64,000 nt of DNA, taken from assembly GCA_036172245.1 (NCBI GenBank), contig JAYWIR010000005.1, positions 2,914,001 through 2,978,000 on the forward strand, in the 5' to 3' direction. The notes below the pieces were generated by a model. The model was not told the DNA's origin. It searched no databases and was given only the letters and a program-made list of their open reading frames with translations. Source of the stretch: Raillietiella orientalis (Eukaryota). The position numbers and the translations under genes are program-made. Positions 25,101-36,300 of the stretch are shown here, one piece after another. Position 1 is the first letter of the stretch. Each line of letters starts with the position of its first letter.

Positions 25101-28100
25101 TTTCGGGAGGCTGGCTGCATCCCCATGGACTGCACTAAAACAGAGAACGAGCGTTTAGTCCCGAACACATTTCCTCAGCCTCTCGTTTCGTCTCGTTTCA
25201 TTTTTTTCTCTCTTTCTCTCTTCTCCTACTGCCACAACCTTCGCATCTCGACAGGACGGGTGGGGAGGCAAACGGAACGCAACACGGGGGCGTCGGGAAC
25301 AGGGGATCGAGTGCGAACGCACGCGGCGTGGAAGAGCTACCACGACCACCACCACCACCACCGTCACTTGGGCTCTGGGTTGCCGCCGTCGCCGCCGCTG
25401 CTGAGGTGACAGGCACGCTCTCGGGCGGGCACGGCCGCCACTGACCACGGAAACGGGAGCGTGCGGTCCTTCCCGGAGGGGAAACGCCGAAGATCGAGAT
25501 GGAGGGAAACGGGAGCACGGGCGCAGCCACTCAACGAGGGATCGTCTGGTCACTGGGGGACGACCGTGCTTGCAGCTCGCTCGTTCATGGCTCGCTCGGC
25601 CGGATCGACTGCTCTCCCGTACTTGGGCGGCAGCCGCCCTTCGGAGACGATCGGGGGCGTGCCGTTGGCGATCTCGGGTCCGTTCGGGTAAACAAGATCG
25701 AGTTTCAGGGTTACGCGGCACATGCTCCTCTCTAATGGAAGAGGTCACCTTCCACCTCCCTCCCCCCTATCCCCCAGAGGCAGAAAAAATAGGGAAGGAG
25801 ACCCAGCGCTTCGTTTCCGAAGCGAGCAGCGGCTGCTGAAAATGAAAGGCATCCCGTTTTTTTTTTTTTTTCTTTTTTTTTTCCTGCGTTCCTTCGGCAT
25901 GCTGCAGCGACAGCGACAGCAGCAGCAGCAGCCGAGGCTTTTGTCATTTCGTCCATCAGTCGGCCCCGTCATTTCATGACGGAGCAATCCCCGTCTCTTT
26001 CCCGGAAACCGGAATCGAAAGCAGGATGCACCAGGAAATTCCAGGTTCGGAGCAGCCAAGCCGAGGATGCGCGCCTAGCCTGGAGGAAGGGATTCGTCGC
26101 AAAACCACAGTCGGCTGCTCCTCCTTCAGTCTTAAGAAGCCGAAGGGGATGCGCGCGCCTCTGGAGATGATGTAAGCGAGCGGGCGAAGGCGCTTGTTTC
26201 CTTGTACCAAACCGGAATGTACCAAAATCAGAAAGGGGGAGGAGGGAAAGGAGTCATTCACGAACCTGACCGTGTCGGAGGCGGTCAAATAGTGAGGCCT
26301 GCGGTAGGGAAGGGGTAAGGTGTCCAAAGGGAGAAGAAAAGATCGCAGGGCGTCACACACGGCAGCTGGACCGCCGTCTGTGATTACGGAAGACGCTCTT
26401 GCCGCCGACGTGAGGGAGCGACCGCGTTTTGGTGAGGGAGCGGACGGCAGAGAGTGAAAACAGTTCCGAAAGATGATGGCAGTAAATGCAGTTCCGCGGG
26501 TTTATAAATAAAATATCAGGTTTGAAGTGCAGACGTTTTGGCAGGTTCGCACGTTGGTATATTAATAGGTGGCTCCATGAACGAAAGCCATTGCCGCCCC
26601 GAGCTTTCAATTTATTCCTACGCAAGCGGGAGGAAGGCTGATCCCGTGTGTACACAGAGCAACTCGATCGTGGCAACCCTGCAAACAAAAAACGGTTTCC
26701 ATCGCGACTTCCCCCTTCTCACGTCTCTATTTTTACATCTCGCCCGTCACAAAAATTAGGGTCCTTCAGAGCGCGCGTTAACTCTGCCTCGCGGGCTCGT
26801 CTAGAAGCACCGCGTGAAGGGTGGCCGCTGCAAATCGGCAGGAGCGGAACCAGGTGGCTCCCGTCCACGCCGGCGTACAGAGCCACAGGAAACTCACGGG
26901 ACTACTCCGGCGCGAGCGCGTGCTTTTCAGCCACTGCCTTCCCCTCCCCCCTTCCTCCTCCCACACCTTCCACCCCTCCCCTCCCCTCTCCGACTTGCTC
27001 GTGTGTTTACTTCCGCGTATCAGTTTTCGCGCCAGCCCGGCAGACACGGTGGTGAAGACTCTTGCAGTGCACCGCGTTCTTACCCCGGAGGTGCTCTGAT
27101 CCCGATCTATCTTTAGAGTAGCTCCACCTCACCCGTAACCAAGGACGCGACATACCGTTGTCGTAACATACCGTTGTCGCCTGGTGCGTTTCGAGACAGC
27201 ACTCCATGCGGGCACGCAAGAGCATGAGCTGGCGATCTATCGGGGAAACCCGCGAAAGAGTCGGCGCCACAAGCAGATAGCAGCACTTCCTGCGTCTCCT
27301 CTTCCTGCCAACGGTGCTTCCGCAGCCGCTCTTCGGAGCGGGGCGATTCGAACTCCGCGCCGTAAGTGGCGACGCCGTCCTCGCCGTGCGGAAACGGGTC
27401 GGCCGCGGCACGGGGAGCCGCCGCGGCCGCCCGTTCACCTTGACCACCGCCGACGGCGACGGCCTCGGGCCGGCTGAAACGCCCGGGAAGGACGCCGCGG
27501 CGCGCGTCCAGCCTTCGCCGGGGCTCGCGGGACGACCCTTCTTCTTCTTCTTCTTCGGCGCCCCCAAACGGGGCGGGGCGAGCAGCAGGGTGGAGAGGGC
27601 CATGCAGCACGTGTTCCGACCGCAGCGTGATCAAGCAGCACACGTCTTCCCAGCGTATGTCCACGTCTGCCCGCTTAACGTTCCGGCACTTGCTGTGCTT
27701 GTAGTCCAGGACGCTGTTGCAGTTCGTGCCGCAGCACACAAGCCGCTCCGTGCTTTCGTGCTTCATAAGGATCACGGTGCACGAAGAGGGGGAGGGGGGA
27801 GGACGGCGACCAGCCCGTGCGAATTCTGCTCCTGTTGCTGTTTTTTCTTCTTCTTTTTTTTTTTCGGGAGTGGGGGGAGGGGAAGGGAGGGGGGGGCTTC
27901 TTTTGCTTTTCGATTCCCGGGAAGGGAAGGGAAAGGGGTAGGAGGGAGGCGACAAGGAGGGCTCGAGCGAGGGACCACAAACTACCCGCGCATGCTGCTC
28001 TCTGCAGGGAATAGTGTTACCTGGCACACCAACACGAATCGGAGAACCGGGAGGAAATCGGGCTATTGCCGCACCACCTGAAGGATTTCTACCAGGACGG

Positions 28101-30263
28101 CTTTCCCCGCAGCGTGGCGTGCGTTACGTCTCTGCAGAGAGAGAGTTTCCCGGTGCGCGCCTGCTTCGTGCTGCTGCCGTCTCCTGGCTGCTGCTTTTGG
28201 ATGGCTGCTGCGGCAGGCAAACCCGACGCCCCAGTGTCTTCCACTCGCGCTCTCTCTCCCTCTCTCTCTTGCTCTTCCTCTCTCCCTCTTGCGGAGCGTA
28301 GTCGGCTCTGGAGCGGCCGAGCGAGGACCAAGGGATGCACCGAAGCGAGTTCTCGCTCGCTTCCCGCGCACAATCCGGGACGGCGGCCCCCCTCGCTGCT
28401 GCCGAAAGACTCCTAGCTGCTGCTCGTCCTCTCGACATTGTTCGTTTATTTATTTATTTTGCATTCCAGAATCTCGAGCCGAGGAACTTTGGAGGAAGCG
28501 AGGGAGCAGGGAAGAACTCCTGAAGCCTGGGCTTCGTACTGAGGGGGGGAGGGGGGGGGCAGAGGCTCTTCTCGGCGGAGACGGAGAGAGGAGATCGCGC
28601 GCGATATCTGCCGGCGGCGGGGGGAACCCTCAAGAAGTCTCCTTCCCGCTTGCACTCAAGCGTGCGTTCGCGGCAAGGTCACCGTAGCGGGAGGTTCCGC
28701 GATGCGCGCGCGTACCTGTTAGGTGCGCGGCCCGAATGTCACGAGCAGTGTGGGGAGAGAGCTATTCCGTCCCAGAAGAAGGACAAGGGAGAAAAGAGGG
28801 GAGAGGAGGAAGGAGAGGAAGGGTCGGCCGTTCAGCAGAAATCACCCTACTCCCTCCGTCTTTCCCTCCAGTCCAGAGCGATGACGAGAGAAAGGGGGAA
28901 CCCGTCTCGAAGAGCGTGGTGCATCGCCCGCCTATTACTCCATCTTCCGACTGGTCTCAGAAGCTTCCCCTGGCGCCTCGCGGAAGAGACCCCAGGGGGG
29001 AAGAATGGCGGGGAGGCTAGGGGGGATCGTGTTTCGGGGAGCTATTCTTAGACCTCCGGCCGCCTCCTAGGCAACCTCCGTGTGCTTCCCGAGAACGGGA
29101 AGGAGAGCGTGCGCACGCGCGTCCTTCCTTCACCCCCTCACACTTGGAAGCCGTCGGCGACGACGACGTCCGGGGGAGGAGAAGTGGCAGCAGCTGAGGA
29201 TTTTTTCGCTCGCGCCACACACGGGCGAGCTCCGCGAAAGGGAGGGGGAGGGGGGGGGCGAGCGACGTGCGCGCCAAACGCCCGTATGAATACGCGGGGC
29301 GTCCCGACTTCCTGCAGGGAGGAGGAAGAGGAGGAGACGCGGCGCGCGCGCGCGCGCGCGCGGAGAGCGTGGCAGGGCGGTGGTGGTGGTGGTGGTTCTT
29401 TTTTCTTTTTTTTCTTTTTTTAATTGGCTGTTGCCGTTGTTGTTGCCTTCCAGTCCTCGAGGGCGCGGCGGAACGGCCTGCTCCAGGAGAGAGCCTCTGA
29501 TCGTCAAAAGGGGAAAAGTTCGGCTAGGGAAGCCGCGCGGGCCAAAGTGCAGGGACGGGGGAGGAGCAGTGCAACCCCTCCCACTCTCGCACCGCTTCCG
29601 TGGATGCCGGAGCTTCCCGTTAGGCGGCGGGCGCAAACCAACAGACCCCTCCCCCCGCATCCACTGCAGGAAGATAGGGAACCAAGGCGAGAGCGGGAAG
29701 AGCAGAGGCGGCAGGTGCTCCCTCCTCCCCCGCTTTTTTGTCGCCATCCTCCTTCCTTCCCTGCGCGCCTCGCGTTCGCCCTACCCCCTCGCGCGCGAGG
29801 GCGGACCGGTCTGTCCGCCACCCCGTTCATCCCCTCTCGAGAGCTGGGAGCGGCGTGGAGGAGGAAGGGCAGCCCCACCCCCACGGTCGGAGCGGAAGGG
29901 CGGCGGGAAGTCGCGTGGGCGGGCGGGGGAGGAATTGCGCGCATCCCAGCGAGGGGCGTTTTCCTCGGTGACGTCACCGTCCTGCCGCCGCGCGCCGCCG
30001 CCTGCTGCTCTCCAGGTCGGCGGAGCCGTTGCGCGCCGGGGCAGGGGGAAGGAGGGGGCGGGATCTGCACACCTGGCGCTGCCGCCTCCCCGTCCCGTCC
30101 TGTCCTGCGCCCAACCCCTGTCTCTACCTGTCTTCTCGGAGACTTCGTGCTGCTCGAACCCGGAGATCTGCTGATGGTGAACCTCCCGGATCTGCTCGTA
30201 ACGGTGGACCGCCGACTTCACCACGGAGCTGGAGAGGCTCCTCTGGATGTCCCTGCCGCTCAT
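1..30263 (-). CDS. sls: Kettin/Sallimus (arthropod titin-family Z-disc/I-band protein), multi-exon, 5' portion; continues past the left edge; 19 Ig I-set domains in window
   Basis: The spliced translation follows the Drosophila kettin N-terminal order as I recall it: PPIFDKIFRNARFAQGGNAIFDG, ESDKFHMSY, DTFEYRLLREMEFRES, HKILVNESGCHSLMI, LPRPTRVIEPE, VIFLRHIER. It then continues as tandem modules (HFECRxEPxxDP..VEWF..G|xRF...DFGYVALDI...PEDSGxYxCxAxN) with HPEGLxKI linkers. All junctions are frame-consistent GT-AG except one GC-AG. Confidence 0.95.
10590..12466 (-). CDS. sls: Kettin exon cluster (Ig12 C-half, Ig13, Ig14 N-half)
   Basis: Exons 12323-12466 (SRFTESHTFGFVSLDISYVYPEDAGTYTC, missed by the ORF track), 11102-11356, 10905-11048 and 10590-10841, all with phase-1 junctions. 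Confidence 0.92.
13256..18829 (-). CDS. sls: Kettin exon cluster (end of Ig2 to Ig12 N-half)
   Basis: Exons 18691-18829, 18539-18638, 18239-18463, 17984-18130, 17705-17940, 17507-17648, 17320-17416, 17124-17267, 16544-16798, 15972-16382, 15704-15920, 15444-15591, 15205-15385, 14881-15138, 14622-14758, 14318-14570, 14085-14228, 13954-14039, 13747-13891 and 13256-13672. Splicing is frame-consistent. Confidence 0.9.
20215..21088 (-). CDS. sls: Kettin exons (Ig1 C-half, linker, Ig2)
   Basis: Exons 20936-21088, 20703-20848, 20419-20649 and 20215-20359 encode ESDKFHMSYDKETGNISLTI, DTFEYRLLREMEFRES and PPRILQKPRNTKQIEDSDATF. Confidence 0.93.
23911..24065 (-). CDS. sls: Kettin exon, Ig1 N-half (FHRLSNCSPPIFDKIFRNARFAQGGNAIFDGKIKGTPQPSVSWTKDGLLMQ); not in the ORF track
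   Basis: Acceptor ctttcccatcttccag (phase 2) and donor CAAG|gtgatg (phase 1), which joins exon 21088 in frame. NARFAQGGNA is the kettin Ig1 signature. Confidence 0.93.
25098..25126 (-). CDS. sls: Candidate short alternative start exon (MGMQPASRNA-)
   Basis: Start context gtccATGG, then 9 codons plus 2 nt, then consensus donor gtgagt in phase 2, in frame with exon 24065. An upstream ttttag acceptor lies at 25135. Confidence 0.45.
25623..25731 (-). CDS. sls: Kettin N-terminal internal exon (ERSMCRVTLKLDLVYPNGPEIANGTPPIVSEGRLPPK)
   Basis: Acceptor cctcttccattag (phase 1) and donor CCCAA|gtacgg (phase 2) match the upstream candidate exons and the 24065 acceptor. Confidence 0.75.
27084..27236 (-). 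CDS. Candidate symmetric 153-nt exon (DRQLMLLRARMECCLETHQATTVCYDNGMSRPWLRVRWSYSKDRSGSEHLR)
   Basis: Pyrimidine-rich acceptor ctctttcgcgggtttccccgatag and strong donor CGGG|gtaaga. It is phase 1 at both ends and in frame with exon 25731. The composition is protein-like, unlike the surrounding R/A/P/G-rich shadow ORFs. Confidence 0.65.
27439..27766 (-). CDS. Candidate alternative first coding exon, Cys-rich (MKHESTERLVCCGTNCNSVLDYKHSKCRNVKRADVDIRWEDVCCLITLRSEH...)
   Basis: ATG at 27766, GC3-rich codons and 6 Cys in the first 44 aa. The phase-1 donor CAAG|gtgaac joins exon 27236 across a 202-nt intron. Confidence 0.6.
29342..29362. repeat. (GC)10 dinucleotide run (shorter run at about 24292-24306)
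   Basis: Seen directly. Confidence 0.9.
30128..30263 (-). CDS. sls: Candidate kettin first coding exon (MSGRDIQRSLSSSVVKSAVHRYEQIREVHHQQISGFEQHEVSEKT)
   Basis: Kozak-like ccgccATGA, 45 codons plus 1 nt, then donor ACAG|gtagag (phase 1), compatible with the acceptors at 27236 and 25731. It is S/Q/E/H-rich like the fly kettin leader. Confidence 0.7.
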
Positions 30264-30673
30264 GGCGGAGTGTGGGGCGGCGCCGGGACCGGGCGCTCCG
30301 TAGGCTTCAGCAACGACCGCGGATCAGGAGGATCGGTCCAGCGAGGGAGGGAATTGGGGGGAGGGGTGGGGGATGGGGGGGGAGGAAGAAGAAAAACCCC
30401 TAGGGCGGAAAAAAAAGAGGAGGAGGAGGGAACCGAAATCGAACGAGGAGAGGAGGAGGAAAAACCTTCACCGGCGGGAAGAGGAAGGCGACTGCTCCTC
30501 CCGCGCGCCCCTCACTTCTTTAAATAAAATCTTCCCGGTACCTGAAAGTGACTCGGTGCCGCCGCTCACGGGTTCCAGGCGCCCTTCCCTTCCCGTGACG
30601 CGTCCCGAAGAGTGGTGCAGGCTTTACAGAAATAAAATGTCGGAGGTGTGGAACGATCCATCATTTCCTCAGG

Positions 30674-30982
30674 AAGGAGCAAGAAGAGCAGCGAGGAAGA
30701 GGAGGAGGAGGAGGACAACGAAGACGAGGTTCCGAAGAGACGGAGATGGTTAGCACAAAGAGTAAGAGGCGGATTGGGAAGAGGAGGAAGAAGAAAGGCG
30801 TGGAAGGAAGATAAAGGAGAGGGAGGAAAGGAGGAGGGAGGAGGAGGAAAGGAAGGGGAAGAGGAGGAAGGGAAGGAGTGGAGCAAGAAGGGAGGAGGAA
30901 GGGAAAAAAAGGGGGAGGAAGGTAGACGGAGGAAAAGGACGAAGGAAAAAGAGGGAGAAGGAGGAAGAGGAGGGTGGGGAAA
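30674..30982. repeat. Polypurine (GA/GGA) low-complexity tract upstream of the first kettin coding exon
   Basis: About 300 nt consisting mostly of G/A on the + strand. Confidence 0.85.
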
Positions 30983-33329
30983 TCTTGCGGATGGCAGTGG
31001 TCCGGTGTTTCCTCCTCAGGCTTCGTCCTCTCTCGAGCCGTTTTCCTGTGAGCAGCTCCCATAAGTGCGAGATCCTGAGGCGGTCCCGAGGAGCTAGTTC
31101 TCGGAACCACCTTAGATGAATTCTCCGAATCCGCCCCGTCCCTGGACTCGCGCATCGGGTGCAGAGCCGGTCCGAGCAGCTGGAGTACCCTCGACCTTTC
31201 ACCTCGCGTTTCGAGACGGCTCTCCTCTCCGTCCTCTCCCACCGCAGCTGGCTTTCCGAGTTCACAACGGACGGCGCCACCAGGAATTCCGTTGGCGCGC
31301 ACGCTTCTCCTCGGGGCGATGGTTGCGAGGTGGTCACGCATGGTGAGCATGCCTTTCGCTGCAGATGGAGCGCCGCAAGGGCCGTTCTTCGTCGCGGGAG
31401 CCTCGGTGCCGCCCGCCTACCAGAGGAGCTCGGGGAATTCGAACAGGAGCCACGCGAAAACCCTGCTAGCCCCCGGACCCCGCTTGTTCCCTACTGCCCG
31501 GGAAGTACCCTGGAGGATAAGGCAGACGCGCGAGTACCGCGACTCTCTGCCGCGCTTCTGGGCGCGACGGGAGACCATCCCTCCTGCTCGGCTCACCTCC
31601 GGGACTCTGAAGGAGAGCGCGCTTAGGAGAACGACTGGGCATCTTCTGCAGCGCCATTTCCTTCCAGTGCCCTTTCCCGATGACCAGGCGGACCAAGAAG
31701 ACCTGCTACTCAAGGAAGTTGGGGTGGACTTTCTTCCTCGAGCTCTCGTCGTCGTTCCTCGGGAAAGAAGGAATCTTCCTGGACGCTCGCCGCGCGGGGT
31801 GAGCAGGTGTGCGTGTGGAGGACGGCGCACTCCCCGAGCTTCTTCCACGGGCTGCTGGAAGATGAGAACACGCGAAGCAGCTGCTTCTCCTTCGTCTCCA
31901 GGGCGATGTCTCTTCCTTGGAGGGAAGTTGTCATCCCGAGCTGCCCCAGGAGCGAACTCGAGCTCGAATGAATTCCTTTGTCGGGTCACTCTTTCTCCGC
32001 AAAGCTCGACATCCTCAAAGGGGCCGTTGCTAGTTATTCGCAAGGAGAGCTCGTCTCCTCACTCCACGTCTTCTTCCCTCCTCCGTCCGGAGGAGGAAGC
32101 GAGGAGCCTGGGAGGAACCTGGGAGCGCCGCCGTGCTATCCTCGGTCCAGTCGGGGAACGCGGGTGGTCTTCGCGCGAGGCACATCCCACGGGCAAGCGG
32201 TCCGCTGGAGGCGTGGCTCTCCGTCGGCGACCTCCGACTCCAGCGTCCACTCCGTGAGTGACGCGCGGCGCGTGACCGCTTGGCACGAACTGAGGCTATT
32301 TGTTCGATTCCTCCTCGCGGGTGCCACCTCTTTTGCCGCCCCCTCAGGTGGACCATGGCTTCCGAGGCTTCAGGGTGCGACCCCTCGGACCTCTGTCCGC
32401 GCTTTTCCCTGAAGGCACCGGGGAAATGACGCATCCCAGTTATGCGTCCCGCGATGGTGCGCCGCCCTCATCCCCCGACACACGCCGCTCTTCCGGCATG
32501 TTGCGGCTTTCGGAGGGATCTCCTATCGTGATCCATGCTGCCGGAGGATGTTTCCCTTATCTGAACTTTCGGGGTTTGCGGAACATGACGAAAGTCCTCG
32601 ACTGAAGGTTTGCTCTCGGATGGGCGCCATTTGATTAAGCTGCTCATCAGTTTGCTCCGGGAGCGTCCGGTGAGGTCAGCATCGCAAAAGATGCCTCCAG
32701 GCGATCGGGAAGGGACAAGCGAAAGCGAATATCAATGACGCGGTAGCGTGCAGGTCTCCGGGGCTACGTGCTCGAAATTTCCCCCTGCCTATTTCCGGCA
32801 TCCGGTGATTGGAAGCGGGAGGATGCGGTCGGGAGAACCCGCCACGCGACGTGGCACGAGCGGCGAAGACTCGCGTCGAGGATGGGAAAGGGGAAGAGGG
32901 GAAGGGGTCTTCTGCTAGGACTCCAAGGGGAACAAGATGCCGGGACGCAGTCTTCCAGCGCCCGCGGCGTCAGTGCAGAAGCCGCGGCACAGAAACCCAA
33001 CCCGCCTCTTTTGCAGCTTCCTCGACGGCTGCAAGATCAGCGGGTTGGCGAACGCCGCCACTCCCCGTTCCCGGCGAAGGGACTCTTCCGGTGGAGTGAC
33101 CCGCTTGGTTTATCACCCCGCCACGCCGTGGCATTTATTATGAAAAATGATAAACATACATGTGTAGGGCCATCGTCCCTACATTGTTCGAAAATGCTCG
33201 GAACTTGCCGAGTAACAGGCACGCACGCCGGCGAGGTTCGCCTCGGCAGTGGAAGGGGAACGGGCAAGCAAAACTTTAAAAAAAAAGAAAAAAATATGTA
33301 TATGCAAAGAAATTGGGAGGGTTAGGGAA

Positions 33330-36300
33330 GGGATCACTGTCCGCTGAAAGGCGTCCTCTGCATCCTTTCCAGGATGCTGACAAGTTCCATCCGAGTATGT
33401 CCCATGTGGGACCAGCTAGCTGCTGCCCGTAGGAAGCGCAGGGCGAAGCGGATGGCGTCTCGATCGTGCCGTCCTCCTCTCGCGTAGCTCCAGGCCGCCA
33501 CAATCTCACGTAGGCAGCAAGGAGCTGCTAGGGATGAGACAGGCGAAAGGGCATCGCGTGCGAAGACGCCCTTCATCACATTCCTCGGATTGTCCTTCGG
33601 TGCACCAAGGACCGTTGCGTAACGCAACCACAGAGGTCGGAGGCAACACAGTCAGTAAGCAGGCGAGGGAGGGATTCCCTCGCCTGCCACAGTTTGGGTC
33701 CACAGTCCTCCAGGTCCAATGAGATCGGCGGGCATTGCAAGGGAGACACCAGTGCAACAGCAGAAGTGCCGACTCCTGCCACTAAAGGAGGAGGGCACTG
33801 TTGTTCTTCAGTGCTGGGGGCCACTCGAAGTCTTCCCGTCGGATTCCCGGCAGCTCACCCCAGCACAGTAGTCCCTTCGGTGGGGCACTTGGGATTGCAG
33901 CGTTCGTGAGCTGGCCCTTGGTCCAACCACCTAATTCCTTCGCACTTCCACCGATCTCACTTCGGACCCCCCATTTGTTCGGCTGGTTACTGGTAGCTAG
34001 GGAGGTTCTGTGTTCCCCTGCACACGTGGTGGGTTGCTTAACGATGGCGTCCTGCAGCAAGCGGTTGTTGTACGAATGCAGCAGTCTCTGCTGCATATCA
34101 AAGATGGCTGTCTTGTTCTTGACCCATGTGCGAACGTTTTCCTGCAACCAAGCACTACCGTTCGCGGGCCGGCAGAATATTCAGTTGTTGGTCCTGGTCA
34201 GCTTATCCACCCGTCGGAGCTCCAGCCGGCAGCTCGACACGTTGCGAATGCGCCTCCCTGCCAGGAACGAAGACAGTCCTGCATAGCCGGTGGCTCACTT
34301 GACCAGGTATCATGCAGACTCACATCAGTTCGTGCTCCAAAACTTCGTCACTAGGGCAAGCGTCCTCCACTAGATCTGCCTCTCTAGGCGCTCCAGAGTC
34401 AGAAAGCCTGCAGCACGTCGCGATGGAGGCCGAGGCCTCCGTCGCGACGTGAAGCGCACTAGTCCTTCAGGCGAACTCGGGGGCCTATCTGTGCCCCACA
34501 GGATGATTCTCAGGAGGTCCTTCGTCTGCCATTATACTTCTTGGTGGGAATGAAACAAAAAGCTGAGGGCGGAAGAGGGGGAAACGTGTTTCACACCGCG
34601 GCCCGTTCCAGCCAAAGAACCTTGCCATCCTGGAACGGGCCGATCGCCGACTCTGCCTTCTGGCGGCACGTCTTCGCCGAAGAATAGTTCCCTAACGGTA
34701 CACCGAAGTACTTAAAGTACCGAACTCTGATGAATTCCAAGTGGATATAGTCCAGCTGCCCTGACTGATCCGACTGCCACCACGGACGATTTCGCCCTGT
34801 TCACCTCCAGATCTGTCCCGCAGCACAATAGCTCGAAGAAATTTTCGAGTACCGACGCCGGGGTGGACATGCGGAGCAGCAGCGGAAGATCGTTCACATA
34901 AACTGACATTGCCGGTGTGCCTAAGCACGCGCGTGGCAGTCTCCCTGCACTCTCTCAGCATCAACTCAGCAGGTGCTAAAGAGCAAGGGGCTCAGGATGT
35001 TGCCCTGCCTTATCCCGCGGCGCACAGGCACAGCCTACACGTTTTGTCCTCTGAAAGAAATGTTGGCTAGCGCGTTTTGCTGGCAGGAGTGCAGAAACGC
35101 AGTTAAAGAGGCCGGGAAGCCCATGAGTTCCAGGAGCTCTGAAAGAAGCTCCTGGTCGATGCAGTCGAATGCTTGTGCACGGGCAATATCGTAGGCGAGG
35201 ACGCGTGCAGAGCCGCGATTATTGCTAGTCGAATGCTTTGCAAAAGTCGACTGTGACCGCAAGGGCCCCATCTCCCTCCCGACCATCCCGTCTACCACCA
35301 GTGGACGTCCACGAATTCGGGGTGACCCGCTTGGTGTGTACTCCGGAGCACTCTGGGTGCAGACACTTCAGTGTTCCTGCTCTGTTGGAAACGGGATATC
35401 TCGCTGTTTTTGATCTGGAGGCTGCAGTGCAACCAGCGCAGGCACCTGGTCCCTCGACTGCTTGAGATGCAGGAGATAGAATCATTCCCTCACCTCCTGT
35501 TGGACCGCAGTGCCCTGGGAGACTTGTGTCGGAGACCAGCCTCGGCGCTCTGCAACCCGGAAGACACCGCCAAGGACTTGCTGCTTGTCACCCGGGTGCG
35601 CCGGGGCGTTTATTACAAACTATCCGGGAACAGAGTTCCCGGACAAAGGGGAAAACAAGATACGAAGGGGGTGGGATCCCTGACACGCAGGTAGGTATGC
35701 TGAAAGTCCGGAACGGAAGGACTTGCTGCGACGGCGCTCTTTCACGCAAGGCGCCGCGATCGCAACGACCTGTTGTGCCTCCGCGCCATCGTCGTCGCAG
35801 CCCGGCCCGTGCTGGAGTCTCGTTCGCAGCGAAGGGAGGCCGCCAGCATGGCAGCGACCTTGATAGGGACGGCTGCATAGTGGCCTTATTTGCCAGAAGT
35901 GGTCATCAGCGAAATCGCCACCGTGCACATCCGCTTCTAGGAGGAAAGGAACAAATGAAACCCAAAACCTCTGTCCCTACCTTCCCATCTTTTTTCTTTC
36001 TTTTTCGTAAAGGATCAACGCCGCAAAATAGGTGCTTCGAGTCCTTCACCACCTCACCCATCCCTCCGCTTATTTTCTGTTTCTTTCATCTCATTCCTTC
36101 GTTTCCTACTTTCATAGAAGCCTGCCTGCGTGCTGGGGATCATCCGCAATCACCTTCTATTTTTTTTTTCTCTTTTGGCATCTCTTGTATTCAGGGGACG
36201 CTACTCCCCTCTGACCTGTGGTTCACTTTTTTTAATGAACTTTCTGGCGTCACCGAGTGAGACCCTCTTCGGATAGGATGCGTTGCCCGGAGGTGAGCGG

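Larger units (their letters stand above)
21600..33100. promoter_or_regulatory. GC/CpG-rich block spanning the kettin 5' exons (putative multi-promoter region)
   Basis: Visibly richer in GC and CpG than the flanking introns, with many spurious long ORFs in all frames. It contains all three candidate start exons. One MEF2-consensus match (ttataaataa) lies at 26502-26511. Confidence 0.45.

Noticed and set aside
22569..25158. Long ORFs (343-429 aa) on both strands
   Set aside because: They are R/A/P/G-rich products of GC-rich DNA, open in several frames. The real exon (23911-24065) is in another frame.
27237..27270. Programmed +1 frameshift linking the two Cys-rich blocks
   Set aside because: There is no in-frame canonical slippery site, and a phase-correct GT-AG intron explains the frame change more simply.
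29380..30527. 264-aa and 367-aa plus-strand ORFs
   Set aside because: Low-complexity antisense shadows of the GC-rich first-exon region.
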